Shown: piece after piece, positions 13,119 to 25,745 of the stretch
Layout: every line of letters begins with the position of its first letter
Numbering within the stretch: the stretch's first letter is position 1
Assembly: GCA_964016885.1 (NCBI GenBank)
Contig: OZ024741.1
Span: 57,102,001 to 57,166,000, forward strand
Length of the DNA stretch: 64,000 nt
Direction: 5' to 3'
Source: Eledone cirrhosa
Lineage: Eukaryota
Translations under genes and position numbers: made by a program
The notes under the pieces: model-generated
What the model was told of the DNA's origin: nothing
The model's database searches: none
Seen by the model: only the letters and a program-made list of their open reading frames with translations

Positions 13119-14376
13119 TTTAAACGACAGCATATCTATGGATACATTAGCCAATGGAACCTTTCTTATTTAAGACAGTAGAATCGAAGCAGATTTTTCT
13201 GCTATTTCTGCTTAAATCGAGCGACAATGGAAGAGTTTGAACATTGTAGAGATAATTTTTTTTGTTTTGCATGTAAAAAAAAAATCCAACTTAATTAAAC
13301 AAAAAAAAAACATCTTTCGGTAGTTTTTGTGACCTATCCTTAATATGGTTGAGTAGAAGATATTTCATTTAACCTTCAGAACTGAATCACACTGAGAGGT
13401 TCCTGATAAAGGAGCCAAAGAAACGATATTTCCAATATTCCCTTTGGTCTTCCTATTGCTGATACTGTCTCCTGGCAGAAAGAGGCAGGATTTGAACTCA
13501 TAACGTATAGAACCGGATAGGTTACCGACTCTGTAACAATTCTGTCAATCCACCAAGCTCGTGACTGTTATTTCATCGATCTTGAAAAGATGAAAGGAAG
13601 TGTTGACGCCAGCGGGATTTGAACTCGGAGCTCAAGGAGCCGGAACAAATACAGATGTATTTAATCCGATGCCATAACGGCTCTGCCAATTCGCCAGATA
13701 AACAGGAAATAATTATTGAGAACGGCACATAAAAGCAACAAAAACAACGAATAAATATATAGAAACTAATTAACAGATGCAATTCTATAGAAATGTCTTT
13801 TCTTTTAAATAATGGTAATGGTCTGTTTTAGTAAATTGAAACAGTGATAGAAAGGAATGGCGAATTGGATTGGAAATTCTTCAAATGTGCTGAACCTATT
13901 AATAAGTTTTAACGTCGAGTGACGGCTGTTCAGAAAAGATAAGCTTGTAGATTTCCTTAATTGTTGTAGCTGTTCACCTGTTTAGTTTGAAGAATGGGCA
14001 ATAATCGATACAAAGCTGGATGAGAAAATTCGATTATTGTAAATTATCTATGGCAATATTTGCAGCATTCCGTTTATTATCTTTTCAAAACTTCCAGCTG
14101 CAATGTACACATTGTTAACATAGAAGTGTTGTTCTCCAGTTAGGTGGCGAATTTGCAGAGTCGTTAGAGCGTCGGGGTTTGTTCCGGTTCTCTGAATTGT
14201 CAGTTCCAATTCCAGATAGGACAACTTTGCCTTTCATCCACGTTGGGTCAATAAGATAAAGTAACAGTATTGTACTGTGTATAATTATAATATGAGCTGA
14301 GCCATTAAAAGGTAAGTCTTGAACAAGGGCTCACCATAAGTCTTTTGATAGAATACAAACACTCGATCTTTTATCT

Positions 14377-14544
14377 TAGAGTTTCCCAAACTTTTTCAAA
14401 TGCGGAACTCCTTTTTGGTTCAGAAACTTTTGGGGGCACCCCAAAGTCCAATACTGTTATATGGTAGTTATATAAATATACTCCTCTACCTTTTTTAACG
14501 GAATCCCAGACACTCCTTTGCGGAACCCACTTTGGGAACCACTG
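14377..14544. mobile_element. hAT-type MITE
   Basis: TIR-like TAGAGTTTCCCAAA / TTTGGGAACCACTG. 8-bp TSD TTTTATCT/TTTTATCC. Confidence 0.7.
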
Positions 14545-15256
14545 TTTTATCCTATTTCTGTTGTCTAGGATATACTTAATGTTCCCACTTTGCTCTAATA
14601 ACTACGCTTAAGTAGAATCTTTCTTTTTATTACTGAACTCTATGAAACCTAAAAGACTCTCGGTCAGTCTAGTAAAACGTCTCACTTCCCCATTCATCTA
14701 AGTCTATCTGTTAATTTCTCCAACCTTTCTTCGAATAGTTCTTGTCCTATATTAAACCTTTCGCGACCTCATTTCTAAAGAAATACACTTTGTTTTAATT
14801 AATTAAAGTAGAATTTTGAAGAATTTACTAAAATAATTAATTATTTCATTACTAAGATAGTATCTGAACATCTGGTTCTTATATAAAATTATGTTAAAAT
14901 ATTATAATTTAAATGGGACTCTTTAAGATAGAACCAATGACGATTTTGGCCACGTTGGTATAAAAAGGGTTAAGCAGAACATGTATCTTCTCTTGCTTCT
15001 CTTTCACATTTTTCTGGCTAACATTCTTCTCTCAAATCGATGTCCCAGTCTTTGAAATCGAGTCCTTTGACATTTTCAGCTAATTCCCCATTAATATCCC
15101 CATCAGCTAATTCCCTCATTAATATCCTCATATGACTTATAAACCGTTTCCTCACGCACTCCACTTCTTTTTCCTATTCAAAATCAGCTTTTAGCCAACC
15201 ATCACCCAGCCATCGCTACATCCGCACCAATTGGATCACCTGGAACTATTTATTAA

Positions 15257-16657
15257 TGATTTCTAATTTAGGCACATCGCCAACGTTTTGGGGGGAGAAA
15301 AAGGGAAAATCGATTATATCGACACCAGTACTTGACTTATTTTATCGACACCAGAAGGTTGAAAAGCAAGGTTGATCACGGCAGGATTTGAACTCAGAAT
15401 GTAATTTTCCGGGAGATTCAATGTGACACAGTATGTGATAAATCTGGCTCTTTGAATTACGTTAAGAATACACGTGTCTGTGGAATGCTCAGCCACTTTC
15501 ACGTTATGATTGCAACGCGAACTTATTAACCCTTCGAGCATGCTGCGTCTAAAAATATCGTAATAATGATTTGGGGTTGGAGGGCAAAGTCAGTTAAGTT
15601 ATTTTCAGTACTTAACTGGTACTTTATCTTAGCGGAAGGATGAAAGGTAAAGTTAACCCCGGCAGGATTTGGACTCAGAACGTAAGGAGCTGAACAAATA
15701 CCGCATAGCATTTTCCCGACGCTCTAACGATTCTTTTACTCTACCACAATTACCTAATATTGTAATCTTGGTTTCTAATTTTGGCTCAAGGCCAGCATTT
15801 TTTCTTTTTTGTTGTTGTTGGGAGATTAAATCGATTCACCAGTTCTTTATTTTATCGACCCCCGAAGGATAAAAGGCAAAGTTAACATCTGCAGGATTTG
15901 AACTGAGAACGTGAAGAGATATAACTAAATGCTACAAAATATTTTATACGACGCTCTAATGATTCCTCCAATCCACCGCCCTACTAATATTGTAATAATT
16001 GTTTCTACTTTTGACACAAAGCCACCAATAACCCAGTACATTACTGGTACTTTATTTTATCGACCCCGTAAGGATGAAAGGCAAAGTTAACCTCAGCGGG
16101 ATTTGAACTCAGTCCGTAAAGGGACGTAGCTCCATGCTGGAAATCATGGTGTCCGACTCTCTACCGATACTGCCAATCCACCGCCCTATCTAATATTGTA
16201 ATAATGATTTCTAGTTTAGGAAGAAGACCAACAGATTTGGGAGAAGTGAAAGTCGATTAAATTGAATCCAGTGCGTTACTGGTACTTTATTTTATCGACC
16301 CCGTAAAGATGAAAGGCGAAAGCTAACCCCGGCAGGATTTGAACTCAGAATGTAAGGGGACGCAACTACATACCACAAAGAATGTCCGACGATCTTCCGG
16401 GACTGCCGATCAGCCGCCCTTACTAATATTGTAATGATTTGAAGGGAAAGTCGATTAAAACGACTCCAGTGCATTACTGGTACTTTGTTTTATCGACCCA
16501 GTAAAGATGAAAGGCTAACTTCGGCAGGATTTGAACTCAGAACGTAAAGAGACGTAACTATATGCTGCGAAGCATGTTGTCCAACTCTCTACTCAATCTG
16601 CTAATCAACCACTCTTATTAATATTGTAATAATTGTTTCTACTTTTGGCACAAGGCC
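15257..16657 (-). mobile_element. Head-to-tail array of ~6 SINE family A copies separated by CTAATATTGTAAT
   Basis: Spacer at ~15754, 15984, 16190, 16423 and 16618. Each unit has GGATTTG(A/G)ACT.AG and the core. Confidence 0.85.
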
Positions 16658-16908
16658 ATGAAAACCAAACTACGTGGTTGCTTGTTGAGAAAAGTCAGTT
16701 TGACGCTGGATTGTTGAGAAATATCTGTTTCTTTTGACAGGAAACAAGGCAAATTTATATTTTATTTTTCCTAGAGAAAATGGTGCAGTTGATTGAAGAG
16801 GGCGCCATTGTATTATTGATTCTCATTTAAATAGCCTTGGATATTTGAAAGTTAAAAATCGAAATTAAATCATAAATATATATTTCTAAACGTGGAGACA
16901 TTTAGTTT

Positions 16909-17180
16909 GGCACGTGGTTTTGTGATTAGGCATTCAGCTCACAATCGCATGGTTTTGAGTTCGATTCCTGACGGCGTGTTGTGACCTCAAGCAAGACACT
17001 CTATTTTATGTCACTCAAGTCCACTCAACTGGCATAAATGAGTTATATCTGTAATTCAAAGGGCCAGCTGAGTCACACATTGCGTCACGCTGAATCTCCC
17101 TGAGAATTAAGTAAAGGTGCGACGTGTTTGTAGAATGCTCAACCACTTGAACGTTAATTTCATGAGCTAGCTGTTCTGAA
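16909..17180 (+). mobile_element. tRNA-derived SINE, family B (CORE/V-like body)
   Basis: GAGTTCGATTCC B-box followed by GTGTTGTG.CCT..AGCAAGACACT...GTCCACTCA.CTGG. Confidence 0.7.
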
Positions 17181-17374
17181 CCGATGGTGTTGGGGTGGAC
17201 ATACAAATGTGGTAGTTAGACATTTAGTCTAGTACTGAATCGTTTCTAACAATTAACACATCTTTAACGTTTACAGGCATTATGATAGCATAGAAATATG
17301 CCTGAAGCTTCAGAGACTAACAATCAATTTCTTGCACAATTCCAGTTTAGACCGTATTATTTTTGCATTCACTA

Positions 17375-17597
17375 AGGGCGGTGGATTGGCAGTATCGGTA
17401 GAGGTTGGACGCCATGCTTTGCAGCATAGAGTTACGGCCCTTTATGATCTGAGTTCAAATCCCGCTGAGGTTAACTTTGTCTTTCATCCTTACGCGGTCG
17501 ATAAAATAAAGTACCAGTCACGCACTGGGGTTTATTTAATCGACTTTCCCCTCCCCCCCCAAATTGCAGGCCTTGTGCCTATATAAAAAAACATTAT
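17375..17597 (+). mobile_element. SINE family A, long subtype, with TSD ATTATTTTTGCATTCACT
   Basis: Full head, core and tail. The TSD is visible on both sides. Confidence 0.9.
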
Positions 17598-18300
17598 TTT
17601 TGCATTCACTGAAACCTGATATTGTTTTATCATTATCATTCCTCTCATTTTTAGTGTGTTTTTTTAAAGAATCGTTAAGGCGTCAGAGAAAGTATTTTAC
17701 TGTGTTTGGGTCGATAAAATAAAGTACGAATTAAATATTGGGGTCGATATAAGTAACTTTGCAACTTTCCCTCAGATTTCTTGCTTTGTGCCAACGTTAG
17801 AACAAATTGCTATCTTAGAAATGGTTTAACCTTTCTTCCTCGCCTTATTTTTTTTCATTTATCATTTATCATTACAGCTGCTATAGAGATTGGACAGACG
17901 TCTTCATTCTATGTTCACTATGTATACAGAAGAATGGAGTTTGATATGTCTTGTGTAAATCTATAGAATTAGCTACTACCGCTCGCCGCCGACATCAGAC
18001 TCCATGAAATATAAAGTAGAACTATAACCTGTTGCTCTGTTTTGCTTTTCTTACTTAAGTCCACTTTGTTTTCAATCTTGTGGTTATGATTTGCATTGCA
18101 CTGCAGTCTAATAACTGAACCAAATAAAATATAACCAGATATAATTTAATTTAATATATTTTAACTGTGGCATGTAAAAAGAATTATTGTTTGGTTGAGT
18201 GGAGAGAGGAACTAGGTGCTTCTTATGTATGATTGATTGGTGTTGCTATATTTGACATGCAGTTAAGATTGGGTCTCTACTCTTAGTATACGGATATACT

Positions 18301-18333
<33 letters not shown>

Positions 18334-18900
18334 CCAGGGAGTGTAACTTTGAGTTACTGTAGGTTCACCCGGGTGAGCACTCGATGTTTAGGTTCACTTC
18401 AGTGTCGAGGTGTAGAGCTATACAGAATGTATTATAGTTAAATAAGATAACAAGGACGATTTGTTACTCCTTCATTACGTTTATTGGTTGGTGACGCGCG
18501 TTTCGCCACTGACCAGCTCAAGGTTCGATCTGTATCGATCTGACCTGACTCTGTAATCCGCGGCTCATCAGACCCCTTGTAATGTTAATGGAAGAATGAA
18601 TACATGCTGTATGATAAAGTCAGAAGTTCCAATGGTGGTCAGTAAAGTTTGTTTTGATTGGTGGATTAGTTCATAGGGATGTTTTTGCCTGTAGTGTATG
18701 TGGGGTGGGGGGCTGTGTGTGAAAATGTTGTGGTGTCGATCGCAGATTGAAGTGGGTGGTAGTGTGGGGGTGCTGGCTGTCGGTAGACAGTTTAGTATGT
18801 AGATGTGGCTGATTTTTGTGTGAGGTGTGTGTGTTGTTTAAAAATGTCACCAACCAATAAACGTAATGAAGGAGTAACCAATCGTCCTTGTTATCTTATT

Positions 18901-18908
<8 letters not shown>
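18334..18908 (-). mobile_element. PLE pseudo-LTR remnant with short inverted copy, in (TA)n
   Basis: 18434-18495 is the inverted repeat of 18846-18908. HHR inside. (TA)n on both flanks. Confidence 0.8.
18490..18574 (-). ncRNA. Type I hammerhead with long stem II and palindromic stem III
   Basis: Reverse complement GGU-CUGAUGA-GCCGC...GUGGC-GAAA-C(GCGC)GUC|ACC. Confidence 0.85.
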
Positions 18909-18939
<31 letters not shown>

Positions 18940-18998
18940 AAGGTTTAGCAAATAATGAAAAAGTTTCAAAATAAATTTTGACTTTACCTACTATAGTT

Positions 18999-19081
18999 AC
19001 CTTTACCGATCGGTTTCGAATCCCAAAAATAAACGGAGACCATACGGCCTTCGTTGCAAAGAAAGATTCTCGTCAGAAGGT
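18999..19081 (-). ncRNA. Type I hammerhead (mirror copy)
   Basis: Reverse complement of 19163-19245. Confidence 0.85.
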
Positions 19082-19162
19082 TCTTTTCATTCGAAGAATA
19101 TAAAATTCCTGAATTTAAATTACGAACTAGCGCTATCAAAACTGTTCCTTCGAATGAAAAGA

Positions 19163-19245
19163 ACCTTCTGACGAGAATCTTTCTTTGCAACGAAGACCGT
19201 ATGGTCTCCGTTTATTTTTGGGATTCGAAACCGATCGGTAAAGGT
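19163..19245 (+). ncRNA. Type I hammerhead ribozyme
   Basis: ACCUU-CUGACGA-GAAUCUU...GGGAUUC-GAAA-CC(GAUC)GGUA|AAGGU. Confidence 0.9.
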
Positions 19246-19417
19246 AACTATAGTAGGTAAAGTCAAAATTTATTTTGAAACTTTTTCATTATTTGCTAAA
19301 CCTTGTTTATATTTGTTCTGGCTCGTTAATTTATTAACCTGCCATTGAACCACACTGGCATTTGGTTGGACAATACATGCGTACCTTAGCGCCTTGTGCG
19401 TGAAGGAACACATATCC

Positions 19418-19477
<60 letters not shown>

Positions 19478-19550
19478 AGGAGATTCCAACCAGAATGGTT
19501 GCATTTTTTAAGGGTATGTCAATATTTATTTATAAAACTAACCTATATTA

Positions 19551-19616
19551 TATTTTATCTGATGAAAGCCCACCATAGTTTGCTCTGGTGGCCCTTGAAA
19601 TATGTATAATGAAATA
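19551..19616 (+). ncRNA. Type I hammerhead ribozyme
   Basis: UAUUUUAU-CUGAUGA-AAGCCCACCA...UGGUGGCCCUU-GAAA-U(AUGU)AUA|AUGAAAUA. Related to 23177-23243. Confidence 0.8.
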
Positions 19617-20151
19617 AATATGGTTTTATAAATATAGTTTCCATTTGTTAATATATTGTATATACAGTCGAGTCCGCTTAAGAGTATACCCTCGGGAATG
19701 GAAAATAGTATACTCTTAACCGGACTATACTCTTAACCGGACTAAGTAAAAATATTCCATAGTATTATTATTTTGAGTCTTTCAATGATTAAAAATCGCT
19801 TTATTATCTTTTAAAATGCATTTATGAGTAAAAAAAAAATGAAAGTTACACCAAAAAATTCAACAAGAATTATTGCAAATTATAGATAAATTAAGCAATA
19901 TTTCAACATATTGGTATGCAATTTTTATTTCTTAAAAATAGTCCAAAATGCTTTTTTGCACTCGATTGCTCGCAATGTTTTTTTCAATCAAAACCTCGAT
20001 CTCAGACAGAGTATAATTTTCAAAATTTTCAAACGATTGCATCATATAGTCAACAAAGCATTTATTCCTTCTTTTCCAGAGATCTAAAATATTGATAAAT
20101 GATTAAAGTTATGTTAGGTACCTGTGGACATTCATATTATAAATATAAAAA

Positions 20152-20336
20152 TAATTATCTCTACTTTAGGCACAAGGCCAGCAAATACCCAGTGCATTAC
20201 TGGTACTTTATTTTATCGACCCCGTAAGGATGAAAGGCAAAGTCAACCTCGGCGGGATTTGAACTCAGATCGTAAAGGGACGTAACTATGCTGGAAAGCA
20301 TGGCGTCCGACCCTCTACTGATACTGCCAATCCACC
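20152..20336 (-). mobile_element. SINE family A inserted in the Tigger element
   Basis: Full reverse-complement SINE. It supplies the spurious C-terminus of ORF 20197-20625. Confidence 0.9.
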
Positions 20337-21667
20337 TAACCTTTCTAGTTAATTCGGTTTCAATATAATCTACTTCTTCCTCCTCTTCTATGATCATGCG
20401 CTCGTTTTGAACTTCCAAACATATTTCAGCATCAGTTAAATCACCATAGCACGGCTCGTTGACATCACAATCGATGAATTCGAGTTCCAATTGAGGAATA
20501 TTGGCATCATCACTTTCAATTAATAGTACATCGTTCAACTCGGCTTCAATTTCATTGTGAAAACCCACTTTTTTGAAGCAATTGACAATCGTCGTGGGTT
20601 TGAGAAGAAAAAGAGAGCACTTCAATATTTACAAAGACAAAAGAACATGAACAGATTTTTCAAATTCAGTTAGGCTCTTCCCATTTTCTATTGCCACCAA
20701 TAACTTTCGCACAATTTGTGTACGATAATGCACTTTCACAGCACGTATTATCCCCTTATCAAGGGGCTGAATTAATGAGGTCGTATTTGGAGGTAAAAAT
20801 ACGATTTTTACGTTTTCAAAATGATTTTCAATTTTATGACAGCTTGCATTGTCTGCAAAAAATGACTTTTCGTTTTTGGCCACGCATTTTTTTGTCAAAT
20901 TGTGCAATAATTTCCAGCCAAATGTTTTTCGTCATCCAAGCTTTTGAATTACTGTAATATGGTAGAGGTGCTTTTTTATTCAGCATACAACGAAGTCGTT
21001 GAAATTTTCCGATGACAAACGCGTGTTTTTCAGTTCCATCGGAATTGACAGCTAAGAGAATGGTGAGTGTCTTTTGCGGTTTTTCTACCCGTTGGATTTG
21101 TTCCGGAGACAGCTAGTGTACCAGATGGAAGTGCTTTAAAACAAAGACCAGATTTATCGAAATTATACACATCCTTTGGTGAATAGCCGTCAATTTCCTT
21201 GGTATAAATTGTTTCTATCCAATGTTTGGCACTTAAGTGATCAGCGACAGCTCTTTCACCATGCACTTTCATGAATTTTATATTTTCACGCTTTTTAAGT
21301 CTCTCTAACCAACCATGAGATGGTTCAAAATCGGGAATTTCCAAAGTTTGTGCAAATATGTTTGCCTTTTCAAGCATCATAGAGCCGTTGAACGGAACAT
21401 TTTGACTTCTCATTTGGTGAAACCATTTTATGAGTGCATCTTCCAATCCTTGATGATCAACTGATCTTCTACGTTTTGCATCCAAATTCACATTTGATAG
21501 AGCTAATTTTCGATATTTTTTCTCGTTTTTTTTTTAAATTCTGGAGATGGCTGCTTGACTGCAATTGAATTTATTTGACAATTCATTTTGTGACTTGGCA
21601 GATTTCAATTCATCCAAAATAGCAATTTTTTGAGTAATAGATAAAGCAGAGCGTTTCAAAGATATTT
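20337..21667 (-). pseudogene. Tigger/pogo (CENP-B-like) transposase, frameshifted
   Basis: HTH KRSALSITQKIAILD. CENP-B-type HTH LEDALIKWFHQMR...SHGWLERLKKR. DDE_1 motifs VYNFDKSGL, DNASCH, FLPPNTTSLIQPLDKGIIRAVKVHYR. Confidence 0.9.
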
Positions 21668-22813
21668 TTATGTTACTTTACCGTATTCAGTGACGTGGTT
21701 AGTGGGTCTGATCGGATCGCTTAAAAGGACTGTTATCGCATACGGTCTGATCGGATCTGAGGATAGCCCCTAAAAGGACTGTGTCACATACGGTAAGGAT
21801 GAACAGACGAAGGAAGAAGTTGAACAGACGAGCAAGGCGAGAGATGTAGTTTTCGGTCAACTATTTTCATATATAAAGCGACCATACAGAGGTACAAGGC
21901 GTGTGTGAGTGACAAGTGTGTCAGAGGAGAGGAACAACGATACGCGAGCTGACCCTGCCAAAGGTCGACTGTGTTTGGAACTACTCTATTTATACAAAAA
22001 TATTCGTTTGATGTTTAGCCCCTGCGTAGGCGTTTTATTTTGGTGGCTTAAGGGTTGTTTGTTTCATGGTAGCTAAGCAGAAAGATAGTTATTTATTTCA
22101 CAGATGTTATTTCCGGTGGCTGTACATACTCTTATTCGGACTAAATTATATAGAAAATATATAAACAGGAATTGATTATGCTACACTCTTATGCGAACTA
22201 TACTCTTATCCGATATACTCTTAACTGGACCCATGCACCGTACAAAACATAGTACATAAATTTGGGAATTGATTATGCTATACTCTTAAGCGAACTATAC
22301 TCTTATCCGATATACTCTTAAGTGGACTCGACTGTATATATATATATATATTATATTTTATTACATATATTTACCACTGCGATTCTGTGTTTTTTTCTCT
22401 CTCTCTCTTACTGCTCCCCCAGTCTCTCTGTTTCTCCCCCTCTGTCATGTCAGTTAACTCTTCCTCACACTTTCACTCACTCACTGTTTCTCTTCTCTTC
22501 ATTTCATCCTGTACACCACGAAGGCTATTTTTCTCTCTTCTCACATGGCCAGAGTTCGTGTCAGGTCTGTTTTCTAAAAGCGCTCATATATTCACCTAGC
22601 TTATGCTAAACAGAATAATTTTGAAGCTTGTTTCTTTCCCCTACGGTTAGCTATACTCTGTGTTTATTCTCCTGTCTCACTCGCTTTACGCGTTTCAATT
22701 GTCCTAATAACTTATTTTGGTTATTATTGCACCGACGTGAGGTATATGATTTTTAATGCAATGAAATATCGATGATCGTCGGCAAATCACTGATGAGGGA
22801 CTCATTTTATTAC

Positions 22814-22875
<62 letters not shown>

Positions 22876-23011
22876 GGTTAAACAAGGTTCAATGAATAAA
22901 TCAATGAATAAAGTTTCACAATAGATTAGAAGCACTCAACAGTTTGGTTTTCCGGAGTTATTAATATTAATTCAAAATATTAACAAATATAGACATTCAT
23001 GTGATCAAGTA

Positions 23012-23078
23012 TATTTTATTATACATATTTCAGAGGTACTTAGCTATTTTCAACAGTACGTCCTCATCAGATAAAATA
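23012..23078 (-). ncRNA. Type I hammerhead (mirror copy)
   Basis: Reverse complement of 23177-23243. Confidence 0.75.
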
Positions 23079-23176
23079 AGTTGATGCTCGACATACCTTG
23101 ACTATGTTGATGGTTAAAATTCTGTCATGGCAGTATTTTAACCATCAACATAGTCAAGGTATGTCAAGCATCAACT

Positions 23177-23243
23177 TATTTTATCTGATGAGGACGTACT
23201 GTTGAAAATAGCTAAGTACCTCTGAAATATGTATAATAAAATA
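23177..23243 (+). ncRNA. Type I hammerhead ribozyme
   Basis: UAUUUUAU-CUGAUGA-GGACGUAC...GUACCUCU-GAAA-U(AUGU)AUA|AUAAAAUA. Confidence 0.78.
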
Positions 23244-23284
23244 GACTTGATCACATGAATGTCTATATTTGTTAATAATTTGAA

Positions 23285-23287
<3 letters not shown>

Positions 23288-23321
<34 letters not shown>

Positions 23322-23331
23322 TATATATATA

Positions 23332-23398
<67 letters not shown>

Positions 23399-23410
23399 TA
23401 TATATATATA

Positions 23411-23469
<59 letters not shown>

Positions 23470-23481
23470 TATATATATATA

Positions 23482-23550
<69 letters not shown>
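23288..23550. repeat. Long interrupted (TA)n microsatellite
   Basis: Direct reading. Contains a repeated TCTTATA..TCTA interruption. Confidence 0.95.
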
Positions 23551-23553
<3 letters not shown>

Positions 23554-23698
23554 ATAAAAACACTTGAGTGCATTAGAGTCAAACACACTCGTCGCATTAG
23601 AGAAATGACAGTACAAGAGATAGCTCAATGTTATCAAACAGAGCCGAAAAAATTATATAAATCAACAAAGAAGCCTTTAATACATTAAAAATCTTTAT

Positions 23699-23743
23699 TC
23701 GTTGACAGTGTTTCGTCCCAGTAATTAGGACTCTTCAGAGCAA
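23699..23743 (-). ncRNA. Minimal hammerhead (mirror copy)
   Basis: Reverse complement UUGCU-CUGAAGA-GUCCUA(AUUAC)UGGGAC-GAAA-C(ACU)GUC|AACGA. Confidence 0.75.
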
Positions 23744-24233
23744 GGAAAAGACAAAAAATATCAACGGCTATTCACCCCTAGTTGGAGTGTATCTTATTGT
23801 CTCCTTGACTAACTAATAGTTTAATTTTAGTCTTCTACATCTACGGTTAATGAACTTCATTTTTTCTACACTTAATCTTTGCCTTATTGAATATATATAT
23901 TATATCTTTATGTTCCTTCTTGTCCTCCATAGTTTTACTTCTTTCTGTTCCTTTTTGTCCACCATAGTTTTTATTGGAATCTTTACTTTGGATAATGTCA
24001 GTCGTCATAACAGAAATTAAATATATATTCGATGAATGTATTCGCTCGTTTATTGGAATATCTTAATTTCTATCGGCATTAGTGATTTAAACTTTGTTCC
24101 AAATGGAGTGTACCATAATGTTTATTTAACTTTTAATAAATTAATTAAAATTAAAAAGGGTTTCGATTCAGTTATTTGACTTTGAATAATTGTATCATTA
24201 ATTTTCACCTAACAGATTGTTGTGCCTACGCGT

Positions 24234-24264
<31 letters not shown>

Positions 24265-25319
24265 GTTTTGCTATGATTTGTTACTTCTGTCTGTCTTTCC
24301 TATCTTTTGTCACTTGTGTCGATGAATATATTGAGTAAATATGATTTAAATCTTTCTCCCTTGCAATTATATGTTTGGTGTTGAAATATTAATATGTAAT
24401 ATTATATTGCTGTATGTATTTGAATTGCCTATATCTCTATACATCTTATCGTATATTTGCTATGCGCTCATTTATTTTTACTTTATTTTATCGGTATTTA
24501 TCGGTAAATATTTACCTGTTATATTTCATTATTTATTGTCTATTATATATTCTTTACCATATATATATTTTTTTACCATACTTTATTTTATTTTATGGTA
24601 TTATTTTTTACCCTGTGGTATACGTTATGTTTTTATACATGTTATGTTGACTTTGCATGTACGTTGGAAGTATTTATGTTCTTTAATGTCAATATTTTCT
24701 TTGATTTTAGTATTGTTTAATCACACCGTCAGGGTGATTATTCTATTGTAGTGCATATATATATATATATATTTGTGTTAATATGTGTACGTGTAAATGT
24801 GTATATGTGTGTGTATGAGTGTGTGTGTATATATATATATTAAATTTTATTTCTGTATTATATTATATATTGCATTGTATTGTATATTATATTATATTTT
24901 TTATATCTTATTTCTCGGATTATATTATTGTGTTGTATTTCGAGTATTGGACATATATTGTACTTTTAACGTGGCTATTTTAATGTTTGCTTGCTCTCTT
25001 GCCCTATAGTTTTATGTACCAATGTACCCTATTAGGTTTGACACATCTTTCCTGGATAATTTTCCGAAATATCCTTCTTTACATATTATCGGCTGTGTTA
25101 TAAATTTTTATAAATTTTTACCCATTAGTAATTAAGTGCCCTTTCTTAGTCACCTGAAATCTAAATATGTCGCAACATCCTAGACCTTGCCTCCTTATCC
25201 TGCTTTTATATTACCTGCATATTATATCTTATAATCTAACATTTAAATTTCTATTTTTCTATTTCTCTATTCTTCTGAATTTTGGCTTGTTCTAGCCGTT
25301 GATATTTTTTGTCTTTTCC

Positions 25320-25364
25320 TTGCTCTGAAGAGTCCTAATTACTGAGACGAAACACTGTCAGCGA
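25320..25364 (+). ncRNA. Minimal hammerhead ribozyme
   Basis: UUGCU-CUGAAGA-GUC...GAC-GAAA-C(ACU)GUC|AGCGA. Confidence 0.8.
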
Positions 25365-25403
25365 ATAAAGATTTTTAATGTATTAAAGGCTTCTTTGTTG
25401 ATT

Positions 25404-25456
<53 letters not shown>

Positions 25457-25745
25457 TGTGTATGTGTGTAAGTCAAGATATGAATACAGACAACGAAAAG
25501 AACTAGTGCTGAGGGAAAAACTGAAAATCGAGCAAGACAGATAAATAGAAACATCCTTTTTTCGTCAACCATCCGCTGGGTTTCACTACGATTTCGGTTT
25601 TTATATGGTTAGTATCGTTTGTTCTAGTATAACACCAGCCAATAGAAATTAGTTGTTAGAGATTAAAGTGCAACAGAATAAGACAGATCATACCATATCA
25701 CAAGATACAATTTTATCTTTCGATTAACAAGGAAAACGAATCATA

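Larger units (their letters stand above)
18933..19420. mobile_element. Fold-back PLE remnant: ~165-bp inverted arms, 46-bp spacer, ~108-bp one-sided tail
   Basis: 18933-19098 mirrors 19145-19312, which explains the near-identical ORFs on both strands. (TA)n flanks. Confidence 0.85.
19665..22334 (-). mobile_element. Tigger/pogo DNA transposon, decayed, SINE-interrupted
   Basis: TIRs CAGTCGAGTCCGCTTAAGAGTATA / TATACTCTTAAGTGGACTCGACTG. TA TSD. Subterminal TATACTCTTA repeats. Confidence 0.92.
22870..23291. mobile_element. Fold-back PLE remnant: arms 22964-23120 / 23135-23291, tail 22870-22963
   Basis: Near-perfect ~157-bp inverted repeat with an HHR in each arm. Long (TA)n flanks. Confidence 0.85.
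23551..25411 (-). mobile_element. PLE remnant with ~119-bp inverted repeats around a 1.5-kb AT-rich spacer
   Basis: 23652-23770 mirrors 25293-25411. HHR in each arm. Tail 23551-23651. (TA)n flanks. Confidence 0.75.

Noticed and set aside
13374-13472. Possible minus-strand exon (AG...GT with an open frame)
   Set aside because: No recognisable protein motif, a weak donor site, and the acceptor abuts a SINE remnant.
18984-19260. Two near-identical 68-aa ORFs on opposite strands
   Set aside because: A consequence of the palindrome, with no coding signature.
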